Positions 25,462-39,720 of a stretch of 64,000 nt of DNA are shown here, piece by piece. Every line of letters starts with the position of its first letter. The stretch's first letter is position 1. Under the pieces are notes generated by a model, which worked only from the letters and a program-made list of their open reading frames with translations, ran no database searches and was not told the DNA's origin. The stretch is from positions 122,822,001-122,886,000 of the forward strand of contig NC_042998.1 in the NCBI RefSeq assembly GCF_006345805.1, read 5' to 3'. The DNA is from Octopus sinensis. Lineage: Eukaryota. The position numbers and the translations under genes are program-made.

Positions 25462-25710
25462 CAGGGACCTTTTGAGCGGGATGGGGTACTCAACCAGAAG
25501 AAAATTCTAACTGGGTCCCACCTGCAAGGTCATGCGCTGTTAATCTTGATATGAGATCACCATGTCACGTACATATGGTTGTGATGCATGTGCCTAGTGT
25601 ACCCTTATCAGACGGGTAGTCATGATGGGTATACTGGGCTTCGTATAATTTACTCCAGTGCCACTTTGATGGCATGCACTGCTCTCTCACTCAATAATAA
25701 TCATAATAAT
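25462..25710 (+). mobile_element. Unclassified retroposon 3' end with a (TAA)n tail
   Basis: GC-richer block between (TAA)n runs, ending GCACTGCTCTCTCACTCAATAATAAT. Confidence 0.4.
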
Positions 25711-28700
25711 GATAGTGGTTTCAAATATTTGCACAAGGCCAGCAGTTTTGGGGGAGGGGATAAACCAACTACATCGACTTCAGTGTTCAACTGGTGCTTA
25801 TTTTATTGACAAGGCTTGGCGGAATTTGAAATGGGAACATAAAAACGGATGAAATGCTGTTCAGCATTTTGTACGACGTGCTAACGATTCTGCAAAATAA
25901 CTAGACAAATAAGCTATTGTGATTTATCTAAATTATTTTTTCATCAGGATAGACTATTTATTCACATTCAATGACAATAGCATTGCAGCCGTCAGTGAGA
26001 TATGAATCAGATTTCAAATAAATTTGTTCTCTCTATAAGAGCATAACCTGTATATCCTTAACAATTTTGAATATTTAACATTTATTGATGTTAAAATTCT
26101 CAGATTATCCGGGGACTATTTTGATGTCGCAGATGGTTAGAGCTCTGTGTGAGTCTCAAACGCACAATGAGATCCTTGCAGTAAATTTAAGATCAGGCAC
26201 TGAAATGTTCGTTCAACATTTACGCCTCGGTCATTCATGTTCTGCATTTCATTTTAGAAATCTCACTAAAGTGAATATCACATTAAAGAAGTAGAAATTG
26301 CGGCACATATGCAAACATACATGAATGTCAAATAAGTAAAGATATATATGGTACCAAAGTGTTAGCAGTTCTACATTTGCTTCCCGAGTTTAAATGTGAG
26401 TCAGCAGCAGAAACAACACTAGGACGTTCTTTCAAGCAACTTACAATCGAGCAAGTTGTAGGCGCTTAGAAGGGAAAACTACAATGTGCTGGTATAGTTA
26501 AAACCAATTTAAATGTAGAGGGCATATTATTTTGAATTATTAGGTAGTGGTGTGCTTTTAAAACACCTAATGATGTATAATAGATATCCAAAGCAAAATA
26601 CATTGATTATTGCAAGTATTAAAGTTATAAAGTAAGTGTTTAGTAAACTTTTCTAAGTCATTTGTTATATAGGAGGGATGATTTGAGAGAATGTTATAGT
26701 GAAATTTATTGAGGTTAATGAGACAGTTAAGGTCAATGAGATTTTGCCAAGTATCAAACATGAGAAGATAGTAAAGGTAATTAGTTTGACCTCAGTGAAT
26801 AGTTATTTCATAGTGAAAGATTGATATGCTTTAGATATAGCGGGTCTCATCTGGAGATAAATAGATTTAATTTTGGGTTACTGACCCCGCAGTTGGCGAT
26901 GCTCTTTCTTAGAAGTACTTGAATTGTTCATTAGAGCAGTAAGTAACGGATTGTGAGCGGGGAATTTATCTAGGTAATTAGACAATACAAATAATATTCT
27001 CGCGTGTGGACATAAGTTCAACACGTAGCAATTTATGTGAGAGTAAATAAATTTGAAGTCGAGTATTTTTCAGTGTGTGTATACAACTTTGCACACACAA
27101 CACATTTGCATTTATGCTACTCCGTGCAGTAGATATTCATATGTGTATATTACGAACACCTATACGTGTATATTGCAATTTAATATGTATGTAAACACGG
27201 TATATATAATTACAAATATTTATATTTAGTTATTTAGGAGTAAATTACAGACACATATTCGCAGCACTCACACACATTCGCAGGCATACGCACCACACAT
27301 CTACACAGGCACACGCACATGCACACGCACAGACACACACACGTACCCCCCCCCCCGCACACACACTCACATACACATAAAAGACTATGTAGGAGTATAT
27401 ATTTCTTTCTAAAGCCGATTCTCTTTCAAAGAACGTTCATTAAAGCGTTCGACCTCTCTTTTGTTTTATTTTGCTTCTTCGCACTTTTCAATTAATTAAC
27501 AACCTCATACTTTGTAATCAATTATATACTTCGAAGAAGTTCTTAATTAATTAGAATTATTATTAGTTTATATTAATGAATATTAATATTAATATTCAGC
27601 TGTAGCTGAACGTCATATAGAAAAATGATTTCACCCCCCACCCCCACGAAACTCTGACAGTACAAGTCTCTGATGACTTCGATCTGTTTTTGCAGGTGCA
27701 AAAGAATACCACATACACCACAGAGCGCTAATTCAAGTGTTCCAGAACAAGTGATTCAGAGTGTTGCTACGCATCACGTTAAAAAAATAAAAATATGAAA
27801 AAATCCAACAGTTTTTCTAGAGATCAAGTTACCAAATACGTTGGGTGGCAGAAACCATTTTGAAAAGGCACATTGGTAATGACATGGACCTAGTTAAAAC
27901 GTCTTGCCAAAAACCGTTCTTCAGTGCATAGTTCATAGAGTAGTATGGCATATAGAGGTAGATAAAGAAAATGAACATGTTTTGGCAGCATCGTAAACTG
28001 GACAGCTCTCAAAATCGTGGTCTTTATACGCGGGATGAGGATAGAGATCTGTATAAATTGCTGATAGCTTGAGCATCGAGAATGTATCCTAAACACAGGC
28101 AGCACCAGTCATGTAAAGTTGATGATTGTGAATATTAAATATATATTAGTTATGTCTAACATGTATCAGGATTTCTCCGAAGAATGTTACATGTTTTAAG
28201 CGTTAAATATCTTATGAAAATTAGTGTACTCTGTCCTAAATAACTTACGTTCTAAAATTATATAAATTTCACATTAACATTTAGTGTAGAATTTGTTAAT
28301 AGTAGAAAGCTACCAGTTAATCCATAACTGTATACAACTATAATTTTAAGGCACTTTTGTACACTAAATGTTTTTTGAGTTTGGTTGTTATTGTGGCAAA
28401 GATGTTAATACAGCTCGGTTGTATTTCTATCTTAACTACTATTCTTTCCCTTAATAAATTTACCTTTTATTCACAATAATCTATTGCATTCATGTAAATC
28501 TGTTCACATTAATTTATTCGCGCATTACTACCAAATTATTCTTCATGGTTCTTAGAATATTTAATAAACGTTCTATGATGTCAGATACACAATCAATCAT
28601 TTAGATAGTTCGTTGAAACTTGTCTAATATGAAGTGCTTTTTCATACCATACAAATCTTGCTTAAAGTCATTTAAACAAATTACTGACACATGGTGTTTT

Positions 28701-29281
28701 CATTAGCTTTAAAAGTGGGATGCTTGTTATATTAATTTTTCAACCTATACTTTAAATAATAATCTCTTAATATATAACTTCGAAGTCCTCCATAAAGTTG
28801 TATCTTCATTTTTATGCGAAACATTAACCAAGCAATGAACACTCTTTCGATCCATGATCAAAGCCTGCTACTCAGAGCAAAAATCGATTTCAAATGTTAT
28901 ATTCATTCGGTTGTGCTTTACAACATAACTTCACTGACTGCTGTATCTACTAAGGTATTTAAATAATTGTTAAGGAACAAGGTTTGTAACTATTAAATTG
29001 CTTATATAGTTTTATTTGTGTACTTTGGCTATCAGGACTGTCGAAATGTACATCAGAACTAGTGGAGATGGCTAGGCTATGAGTTTGTCAAGCAAGGTTT
29101 AATCGGTTGCCTTCTATTACGGATACAGTGTTGTGATCAGAGTGGAAAGATACTCAATATTCAATTGCTTTGTTCACAGAGTAAAAAGATGTGTCATGCC
29201 AATATGAAGATCATAGAAATCACTTCCAATATGTTATCATTTGCATGCAACAATCTAGGTGCATGAAATGGGATAAATATA

Positions 29282-29676
29282 GGAGGTGCGTTCAAAAAGT
29301 ATCCGACTTTATTTTTCCAGTCAAAATCAATGCTGCGTGGGCATCATAATTTGAGTAGAAGGTGGCGCCATCCTTCCTGCGCATTCCCCAAAATATTCGC
29401 GCCGGTAGGCTTCGCTAATTCTTCGGCTGTTGCGCCTAGAGTACAGACATCGGATTTCGCTTTCACTGAACGCATTGAGCAGATATATTGAACCAAATTT
29501 TGCCGACAGCTTGCTGATATTCAAGCTCAAACCATCGAAGAAATTCAGCAGGCGTTTTGGCGGTGATACAATGAGCAAACCTCAGACTAAGGAGTTGTTC
29601 AACCGTTTCAAACATGCTCACGTCGCATTGGTTTTGGCAGAAAAAATAAATTCGAATAGGTTTTGAAAGCACCTCT
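29282..29676 (+). mobile_element. Internally deleted mariner (MITE-like) with imperfect TIRs and a TA duplication
   Basis: TA-GGAGGTGCGTTCAAAAAGTATCCGACTTTATTTTT on the left versus TA-AGAGGTGCTTTCAAAACCTATTCGAATTTATTTTT (reverse complement) on the right. The internal remnant QAQTIEEIQQAFGGDTMSKPQTKELFNRFKH resembles a mariner N-terminal HTH. Confidence 0.8.
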
Positions 29677-31072
29677 TAGAGTATATAGAAGAGAAGTATG
29701 CTATATATGCTGTAACGAAAATAATTTGAATTGAATCGGTAGAGTGAAGATCAAGATATAGGAGTACCGTCGGAACAAATATCAGGTATTTTGCAGGTAT
29801 GAATGCAGCCGGTTTTTGTCCAGAGAGAATGAAGGTGAGAAAAGGTGGGAAAGAGACAGAAATGTAGGAACCTGCCTCAAATCTGGTGCGATACTTATTC
29901 TATAGAAAATGTCAAAGCTGAAACTCAAAGGTTTTGACTTAAAATGCAGTGGTCTGGGAATAAAAACCACAAGTTATTCTAAACGACACGCTAATGACTC
30001 TGCCAAATGCACTAATTAAATGTATTGTGATGGTAGTTGGGGTTAAGGTTAAGTTAAATAATATGTAGCCGTAGACGCCACATACTGTATAGAAATAGCT
30101 CATTTGAAATATTCCATTGAGTGGAAAATTGGCAACTTGAGAATCAAGAAGGTTATACTCATTAAACCAAAAATCAACAAGAGAACTTAATTGAATGGCA
30201 GGAACTAACCTAACCACACGATACGTAACTACTCACAATTTCTCACCTTATTAACTATTTTCTATAAGCTTACACCACACAACACAATAATAACATTTTT
30301 CTATAACTTACAGCTTGGTATAACCGATCCTATTTGAACAGAAATTCTCAAAATACCTTACCTACTGACTTACATTAAAATTTAGCTTTGGCCGGTGACC
30401 TTTCCAGCCACCCTTTTACACACGCGCACAAAATTGACATATCACATCACCTACTCCTGATCTTGCTTTTCAAAGTTTTTTTCAAATATTTATCTCATTC
30501 ATTTTTAAAATTTTATAATAAACTAATGTAAACTGCAAAATCTTAGAAGAGCCAGATAACTGCGTCAGATAAACACATACAACGACGAAATTGTACAAGG
30601 CATGTATAGAGCTAATGGATAAAAATGAAACGTTGTATATCGAGTTAGATATCAAGTAGAGTCATGTGCAAATCTCACAAAAACTTATCCAAAAGAGTTA
30701 AACCGCATGATTATAAGTCAACTTTGACAGTATTAAAATAAAATATGATTTGCTTAAGAGATATGATGAAATTGAAACATGCACAGAATTGTCACTCTTG
30801 CTACCGAGATCGCATATTTTTGCACGTAGACTATATCAAATTATCTTACTTTATTTTACCTTACGATTTTCACTTTCTTTCATGACCTTAAATTGATCAC
30901 AAAGTTATTATTTTTCCCACATTACCACAGGCAAGGAGAAAGAATAATTAGATTAATGAAACACTTCATTCCATATAAATCGCAACAGTAGGATCTGATA
31001 ATATCAATGGAAAACTCTAGTAAAGGCCAAGGGCACATGCACCAAATCAATGAAATTACACACAATACGCGT

Positions 31073-31137
<65 letters not shown>

Positions 31138-31446
31138 TACACACTACACACACACACATAAATGAACGCCCGCGCACTTTACGTGTAAAATGAACAACAC
31201 AGACAATATGAATACGAATGTGCACATATGCTCATAAACAATTAATCATATATTTGTTTATAATATCATACATGCATGGATAAATGCTTACATATCTATG
31301 TACTGATATAAGAATTGTTTCTGATCTGAGCAAATAAAAGCGAGAAACATTTATTGAAAATTTCATTAAAGAAATAAATCAAATTTTAGCAAATGCTGAC
31401 TTCAACCCCACATAAATGCGAGTGTAACTTTGATGCATGAAGGTAA

Positions 31447-31566
<120 letters not shown>

Positions 31567-31914
31567 GTTATAATGTACAACAAACGAACATTTATATATC
31601 TTATTACGCAAGCTGCAGTCACTTCCATGGCGATGAGCTTTGTTTGAAAGCGATTTTTCATTTTAGAACTGCGTCCAAATATATATCTATACGTAGGTTA
31701 TATTCAGATATAAGAGAATTAAGAGCGAAATAGAACAACATACGGAGTGTAAAGAAGGAAAGTCACCCAGGAGGATGGCGAAATGTATAGATTAAAAAAC
31801 ATACAACATATCAACTTCCATATTTAGACAGGCAAAAGTTCCAGGAACAGAACGATAAAAAGGTAGATATATAACTTAGTTTGAAAGACAACCATACACA
31901 CACACAATAACGCA

Positions 31915-32059
31915 GCATAGCTGAGTGTTTAAGAAGGTCACTTTTGAATTCAGTTCCCCTCAGAGACACCTTGGGCAAATGCCTTTTACCATAGCCCCAG
32001 GGGCGACTAATGCAGTGTGAATGAATTTGGTAGACGAAAATTATGTGGGAATCTGTAGT

Positions 32060-32128
<69 letters not shown>

Positions 32129-32345
32129 TGTGTGTGTATATATATATATATATTATATACATGTATATATATATTATAGATAGATAGATATATAAGTATG
32201 TATGTAGATGTGTTTGCTCTCCACCTTCTTCACAGTCGGTTTTGGTTCGTTTACGTCCTAGTAACTTAGTGTTTTCACAAAAGAGGCTGATGGAATATGT
32301 ACTAGAAAATGTACTAGCATCAGCTGGAAATCCTTTCAAGGTATC
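31915..32345 (+). mobile_element. Decayed SINE family 1 copy with expanded (TA)n
   Basis: ACACCTTGGGCAAATG...ATAGCCCCAGG...ATTTGGTAGACG...TTTACGTCCTAGTAACTTAG. Confidence 0.6.
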
Positions 32346-32719
32346 TCCCAGGTATACCGACAGTCCTATGACTGGACAAAAAACTATATAACCACACACA
32401 CTCACGCACATACACACACACAGTATTTATAGATATATGTATGTATTTAGTAATATATTTTATATATTTATAAGTGCGCGAGTCTTTTATGTACTGTCAC
32501 ATATAGAAATGTATGATATAGCTATATAGTTAATCAAAAAAATGGGAACATATTAAGATTATGGAGAGCGAAAATTTCGACGCATTTATTGCTGAACCTT
32601 TAAAATTTTGTTTCGCAAACATAGGCCTTCCATATTCAGTCTCATTTGCTTAACGACTTGGACAAGTGTTTTTTTTAATTTATTAATTTTTTTTTACTAT
32701 AATCTTCTTTTTACCCCTT

Positions 32720-32925
32720 AGGCGGCGAGCTGGCAGAAACGTGCGAAATGCTTAGCAGTATTTCGTCTGTCTCTACGTTCTGGGTTCAAATTCCGCCGAG
32801 GTCGACTTGCCTTTAATCTCTTTGGGGGTCGATAAATTAAGTACAAGTTGCGTACTGGGGTCGATCTCATCGACTGGCCTCCTCCGCCAAAATTTCGCGC
32901 CTTCTGCCTAGAGCAGAACAGAATC
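32720..32925 (+). mobile_element. SINE family 2
   Basis: GGCGGCGAGCTGGCAGAAAC head, GGGTTCAAATTCCGCCGAGGTCGAC and shared core. Confidence 0.85.
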
Positions 32926-33039
32926 ATCGTTCTTCTCACATCTTATGAGTGATAGTTGGTATAGTGATAGTGGCCCGTTGAATGGAGTGTGGCTATCATT
33001 GTGTGTATATATATATATATATATACATAATACTTTATA

Positions 33040-33230
33040 ATTAGGGTTCAGCAAAGACTTGCTTTACCACATAACGAAGTTTAGAAATAGCAGCCAAAAA
33101 ACCCTAGCTATTTGCTCTACTTTAAAAAGGGATTCCCAGAAAAACCAAAATACTTGAAAACAATCCACGCAGGCAGAGAGGAAAAATAACGAAAATCAAT
33201 CTATATCTGGTCACCCATGTACGCGTTTCG
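33040..33230 (-). mobile_element. pLTR fragment related to 48915-49102, truncated inside a hammerhead 3' strand
   Basis: TTAGAAATAGCAGC...AGCTATTT resembles the 48.9k element. The minus strand begins CGAAACGCGTA (GAAAC, palindromic stem III, GUA). Flanked by (TA)n. Confidence 0.5.
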
Positions 33231-33506
33231 TATATATATATATATATTATAGATATATATATACACATCTATTATACATTATATATATAATATTATATAT
33301 ATATATATATACATATATATAGATATACACATATATATATATACATATATATTATATACATATATATAACATATATAATAATATATATATATATATACAA
33401 TATATATAGTTACAGATATATATATATATACATGATATATATATACATATATATATATGTATATATATATATATGTATGTATATATATATATATGTATAT
33501 ATGTAT

Positions 33507-33538
<32 letters not shown>

Positions 33539-33568
33539 CCTATATATATATACATATATATATATATA

Positions 33569-33601
<33 letters not shown>

Positions 33602-33619
33602 CATCTATATATATACATA

Positions 33620-34794
33620 ACAGGAAAAGTAGGTGAGTGGATACATGACATCCTGAAGGACAGAAGCCAGATGGTTGCAGCCAATGGAGCCCTCTCGGGA
33701 AAGACACCAATAGCAAGCGGGGTGCCACAGGGCACAGTCTTGGGACCCTTGCTGTTTTTGGTGGCGCTCTCTGACATGCCCTTGGTAGCACAAACAACAT
33801 CCCTCACTAGCTATGCTGATGACACCAAGGTAGCACAGGCAATCAAAAACCCAGCTGATGCTGACCTTTTACAACAAGATCTGGATGCCATATACAAATG
33901 GGCTGAAGACAACAACATGCATTTAATGCTGGTAAATTTCAAGCCTTACAATATCAAGCTGTAAACACATATACATTACAACACAACTATACTGGTCCAG
34001 GAGGGATCGAAATCCCAGTATCGAAATCAATACGGGACCTGGGGATAGACATGAGTGACGATGCATCTTTTTCTTCACACATCGCGAAGGTGGCGACAAT
34101 GTGCAGACGACTCACTGGCTGGATCCTGAGGACATTCCGGACAAGAGACTGCGAGACCATGTTGACACTATGGAGGACATTTGTCCTAAGCCGCCTGGAC
34201 TACTGCTCCCAACTGTGGTCACCGCATAGTGTCAAACTAACCACAGAGCTTGAGACAATCCAAAGACATTTCACCAAGAGGATTTCACCATGAAGAAAAG
34301 AACTATTGGGAGAGGCTTAGGGAACTCAATTTGTACTCCTGGAACGAAGACGAGAGAGATATGCAGTGATATACATATGGAAAATCCTGGAGGGACTAGC
34401 ACCAAATTTTGGAATGAGAGCTGTTCCAATCCCCGTACAGGACGTCACTGTGTGGTGCCAAAGGTCCCGTCTTCCACATCCAGGGTAAGGAGCAGATACT
34501 GTAAAGCCTGGGGTTCAGGGGCCCTCAGCTTTTCAACAAACTGCCAAGAAAACGGGAGATCACATGATGCGGATGTGGACATTTTCAAAAAACATCTAGA
34601 CAAGCTGCTTTCCGGGATCCCAGATGAACCCACTGCAGGTACGAAGGTAACCTAAGGGCAGCAGCTACAAACTCTCTCTTAGATCAGTGGCCAGCCACGG
34701 CAAACTGGACTTAGAGAGGGTAGCAACAAGGGCGGTGCCCCAGCATGGCCTCAGCCGGATGGCTGAAACAAGTAAAAGAGTAAAAGAGTAAAAG

Positions 34795-34795
<1 letters not shown>
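33620..34795 (+). mobile_element. 5'-truncated CR1/L2-type LINE (RT C-terminal half and 3' UTR), frameshifted
   Basis: [16 protein letters not shown]...YADDTK...[12 protein letters not shown], then LSRLDYCSQLWSP. The tail is GGCGGTGCCCCAGCATGGCC...CTGAAACAAGTAAAAGAG(TAAAAGAG). Flanked by (TA)n. Confidence 0.92.
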
Positions 34796-34827
<32 letters not shown>

Positions 34828-34851
34828 ATACATACATATATAATATATATC

Positions 34852-35140
34852 GGGGACCCCCTTCGGTCATGAATGAGAATGGTATTGCCCCTAGAAAGTT
34901 ACGCTCCCAGGCACAAGTCCAGGCAAGGTTGTTTATGGAAGACCAGCAGTCGCCCATGCATACCAGCCACTCTCCACGCCACCGATGTTATCCAAGGGAA
35001 AGGCAAAGGCCGATACAGCTTGGCACCAGTGACGTCGCAACTTATTTCTACAGCTGAAGAAACTGGAATAACAACGTGAAATAAAGTGTCTTGCTCAAGA
35101 ACACAACACGCAGCCCGGTCCGGGATTCGAACTCACTACC
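34852..35140 (-). mobile_element. tRNA-derived SINE (family 3, CORE-like central block)
   Basis: Minus strand GAGTTCGAATCCCGG (B box) followed by GTGTTCTTGAGCAAGACACTTTATTTCACGTTG. Confidence 0.7.
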
Positions 35141-35177
35141 TCACGGTCTTAAGTTATATATATATATTTATATATTG

Positions 35178-35425
35178 CAGTCACGTGAGTTAGTGGTTAG
35201 GGCGACAGCATCATGACCATAAGATTGTAGTTTCGATTCTTGGACTGGGCGATGCGTTGTGTTCTTGAGCAAAACGCTTCATTTCACGTTGCTCTAGTCC
35301 ACTTAGCTGGTAAAAATGAGTAACGCTGCGATGGACTGGCGTCCCCTCCACCAGGGGAATACATTCGACATTGAAACCGGGAAACCGGGCCCATGAGCCT
35401 GGCTATGCTTTAAAAGGGCGCATTG
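35178..35425 (+). mobile_element. tRNA-derived SINE sharing the family 3 central block, with a different 3' half
   Basis: TTAGTGGTTAG (A-box-like), GTTTCGATTC (B-box-like), GTGTTCTTGAGCAAAACGCTTCATTTCACGTTG, then CTGCGATGGACTGGCGTCCC. Confidence 0.7.
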
Positions 35426-35431
35426 ATTGAT

Positions 35432-35481
<50 letters not shown>

Positions 35482-36846
35482 TGGGGGAGAGAGTGTGTGT
35501 GGGAGTGAGATTTGGGTTAGATGCAAAGCCAATAATTTTAAGAGATGTACAAAATACTGTAATTCCAGGATGATGAAAGGCAAAGTAACTCCTGGCAAGA
35601 TTTAAAATTAGAATGTGGAAGAACAAACTAGATGCTCTAATCTATTTAATCGAAGAATGTACTACATTAATATTTAAATGACTTCTCTTCACAAGTCATT
35701 GATAACATAGAAAGTCTATAAATGTAAATAAAGTAAAACATTTTCAAGTGAAGATCGAAACTAGTTTTCAGACTCAGCTAGCTCTCATCTCACTTTTAGT
35801 TTATGACACTAGTTGCGGTGCCTGCTTAGTTTAGCATTTATATTTATTTCAAAGACTTGAAAAATATTATATATAATGTAAAATTATTTTCACTCCAAAA
35901 CAATAATTAGAAAGAGATGTTTTGATAATTTTTTTCTATCGGAAATGTTTCGAATTCTTTTTTTCTGTTTTTTGTTTTTCGAAATAATATTGAGAATATT
36001 CATTCCTTTTAAAATAAAACAAGCATTATTATACATTTTTTTTTTGTCTCTTTTACATGAACAAATATTGAAGACAGAGAACAACAAATATAATCCTATG
36101 TTTCTCCATAAAATATTTAGAATGATTCGAAGAAAGATAACAAGGAATATGAAAAAAAAAACCTAAAATACAAACAAATGGAAACAAAAAGAGAATAAAA
36201 ATTCATTGGTACTGATTTGTTTATATACTTGTTTTATTCCCCTATTCCAAAATTCCGACAACAAGAAACAAACTAATTTATAGAAGGAATGGTACATTTT
36301 CGAACAAAGATAAATGATTTCCTCAGAAAGTTTTTCACATAAACATATCTATTTATTTCTTTTTTCGTTTTATTCATTTACATTTTTATATATTCGTCAG
36401 ATATTTATCAAACCTATTGAAACGTTACATTTTCGAAAACATTTTCGAAGCAATTAATAAAGCGAATGTAAGAGATGACGGCGTTGTTATTGTTATAATA
36501 GAAGTGGTCGTAATAATAGTTACAGGGATATTAGTGGTTGTGTTTGTTGTAAGTTTTCGTTTTATTACTATATGTGTTGGAAAGGAAGATGGGTGATAGA
36601 ATTTAAAAAGACAGTGAAGTAGAAAGTTTCAAGCAAAATGAATATCGATCATTTTTCAGTAGAGTATGTTTCATTTTTATTTTTTTGTATTCGATGGGAT
36701 AATGGAGAACCGAAGTTCCATAGTTTTACATAAATATACTGGCACAAACACAAATACACACGCGAGCGCATTCAGACAGACACTCAAACACGCACAAATA
36801 CCTACATACACACGCACGCACATACATATGTGTTTGTGTGTGCGTA

Positions 36847-36934
<88 letters not shown>

Positions 36935-37140
36935 CACACACGTATATATAAATGTGCACATATAACCATACAGAGAAATGTGCTGTATGGAAATGATATG
37001 GAAAGAATTATCTCATTATAACGAACTGCTATTTTAAATGGCTTGTCTTTCACAATCCTCCTTATTATCCAGACCATCAAAGTCACAACCACCTCCTCAC
37101 CAACATCATGACTGAACAACTTCAACATGAAGTGCTGCTG

Positions 37141-37191
<51 letters not shown>

Positions 37192-37724
37192 ACGACGATG
37201 GAAAAAATAATATTAATGACGATAATGATACTGAATATTTTCATCAAAATTCTAGCATCAATACTGTCGACTTTGCAGTCGACGTCATTAACGTCGTAAC
37301 TTCTTTTACTTATCATTATATGTGTGGTTGGCATCATCATTTTCAACTCAATATCGTTATATGATGGCCACTGTGTCACATTTGATAGCCTCTCAAGTTA
37401 CTTATCTAATTGCACTAGGCTTCATCATATGACATTATTAATGGATAACACTTAAGAATCCCTTCAAAAACGCGCTCTAAAACCGTTATATGTTACATTT
37501 TCTTGTCTGTATTTATATGTGGTATGCACTGTTTCCATCATATTTTTATATGTCGATATTGAACTTCTTTCATTTACTTTTTCAAAGTTCCAGTTGCAAT
37601 ATTATACATAATTCATAGGTCGGTGAAATAAAAGTCCTAGTTCTAGGTTCGATTGTCGCTCTTCTGAAAAGTGCTCCACTAAGTAACTGGGATACAAATC
37701 AGTGTGTTATATATAACTGTAAGG

Positions 37725-37935
37725 TTTCGAGCTGGCAGAATCATTAACACACCGAACAAAATGTTTAGCTGCACTTCTTTTGTATTTGCGTTCTCAGTTC
37801 AAATTCCGCCGAGTTCGACTTTGCCTTTCAACCCCTCGGGGTCGACAAAATAAATACCAGTTGACAGCTGGGTTCGATGTAATCGACTTCCCCCAACCCC
37901 CAGACTTGCTGACCTTAGTACCAAAATTTGAAATC
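37725..37935 (+). mobile_element. SINE family 2
   Basis: GAGCTGGCAGAATC...TTCAAATTCCGCCGAGTTCGACTTTGCCTTTC core. Confidence 0.8.
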
Positions 37936-37964
37936 AATATTATATATGATTTTAAGGTGACGTG

Positions 37965-38175
37965 TTGTCAGAATCGTTAGCACTTCTGGTAAAATGCTTA
38001 GCGGGATTTCGTCCGTCTTTACTTTCTGGGATCAAATTCCGCAGAAGTCGACTTCGCCGTTCATCATTTCAGGATCGATAAAATAAGTACCAGTGAAACA
38101 CTGGGGTTGATGTAACCGACTAGCCTCCTTCACCCAAAATTGCTGGTCTTGTACCAAAAATTGGCATGCGTATTA
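37965..38175 (+). mobile_element. SINE family 2 (second adjacent, diverged copy)
   Basis: CAGAATCGTTAGCAC...ATCAAATTCCGCAGAAGTCGAC...GATAAAATAAGTACCAG. Confidence 0.8.
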
Positions 38176-38437
38176 TATATGATTGTGAGTTGTTAGGTTG
38201 GTAGACTAGTTAGAATGCGGAATAAAGTAAAAGAAGTTAAACAATGCGATAAGATCTACGGCTCGGCTTCAGCTTTCATTCTTTCAGAATCAACCAAACA
38301 TTTGCAAATCAAGTTCTGGATTGATTTCATGACCTATAGAACCCTGAATAGTGTACCTGAGATTAGTAGCAATCAAATAACTAAAACCACAAGAAAGGAA
38401 TTAAATGGCTGTTATAGATTAAAAGAAATGACCTGTA

Positions 38438-39720
38438 CGAGGGACGTTCCATAAGTAATGCCCCTGACCCACTTGCAGTTGTTTGATCTAGCACGTGCAA
38501 TTATTTATATCTCTATAGATTAAGTGGCAAATTACAGCTCTGAACTAATTGTGGTTTCTGATTTACAGGTGTTTGAACTGAGTCAAGTGTGAAATGGAGC
38601 CTGTTGAGTGTCGAGCAATGATCTGGCTTTTGTATTTGAAAGGACGCACACCACGGGAGACTTTTGATGAAATGAAAGTAACTTATGGTGATGATGCCCT
38701 ATCATATGACCTTGTAAAACGCTGGCATCGTGAATTCAAACATGGTCGGAACGCTGTGGAAACAGCTCCCAGATCTGGTTGCCCACCCTTCTGCCATTGA
38801 TGAGGCATCTGTCCGTCAAGTTGAGGCTGCCATTTTGGAAGATCGATGCATAACTATTCGCCAAATATCCCACGAGGTCAAGACTAGTACCGGGTCTGTG
38901 GAAACTATCATTCATGACCACTTGCATATGCAAAAGGTGTCTGTCAGATGGATTCCCAGGTTCCTCACACCTTTCCAAAAGCAAGAACGCGTCGAGTGCT
39001 CGAGGATGAATTTGGAGATGTGCCAAGATGATGAGTCAAAATTTTTCAAAAGACTGATTACACAGGATGAAACCTGGGTCCATCACTATGATCCAGAGAC
39101 CAAAGCCCAGTCAATGCAGTGGAAGTACCGTGACTCGCCTCCTCCAAAGAAGGCATGGGTGCAGCCCTCCGCTGGCAAGGTCATGCTCACAGTCTTCTGG
39201 GACCAGGACGGAGTAGTGATGACAGATTTCCTGGCAAAGCGTACAACAATTACAGGAGCCTATTATGCTTCACTTTTGAGGAAATTAAGAGAAGCTATCA
39301 AAATCAAGATGCGGGACAAGATCAGCAAAGGCATCCTCCTCCTGCAGGACGACGCTCCGGTCCACAACTCGCGTGTCGCCAGATCAGAAGCACAGGCGTG
39401 CGGCTATGAACTCCTCCCCCATCCCCCCTACTCTCCTGACCTTGCACCCTCTGATTTTCACCTCTTCCCAGCCATGAAGTTGTTTTTGAAAGTAAAGCGA
39501 TTCCCAGATGTTGCAGTCTTGATTTCTGAAGTCACGTCATGGTTGGAGGCCCAAGCTGGGGTCTTCTACAAAAACGGTGTCCAGAGCTGCATCAAACGAT
39601 GGGAGAAATGCGTAACTCTGGGTAGTTCCTATGTAAAGAAAGATTAATAACTGTTCCAAGTTTCGTTGCTCTACTGCTATGAGAAGTGGTTCAGGGGCGT
39701 TACTTATTGAACGCCCCTCG
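38438..39720 (+). mobile_element. Full-length mariner DNA transposon with TIRs of about 36 bp and a TA TSD
   Basis: TA-CGAGGGACGTTCCATAAGTAATGCCCCTGACCCACT versus TA-CGAGGGGCGTTCAATAAGTAACGCCCCTGAACCACT (reverse complement). TA at 38436-37 and 39721-22. Confidence 0.97.
38594..39647 (+). pseudogene. Mariner D,D34D transposase split by one +1 frameshift near 38785-38790
   Basis: ORF 38594-38800 (HTH) joins ORF 38730-39647 with WIPRFL, TQDETW, LQDDAPVH and YSPDLAPSD; 34 residues lie between the second and third catalytic D. Confidence 0.95.

Noticed and set aside
27690-28105. Possible host exons (TTTTGCAG acceptor at about 27697; minus ORF 27890-28105)
   Set aside because: Short, with no recognisable domain and no consistent partner exons.
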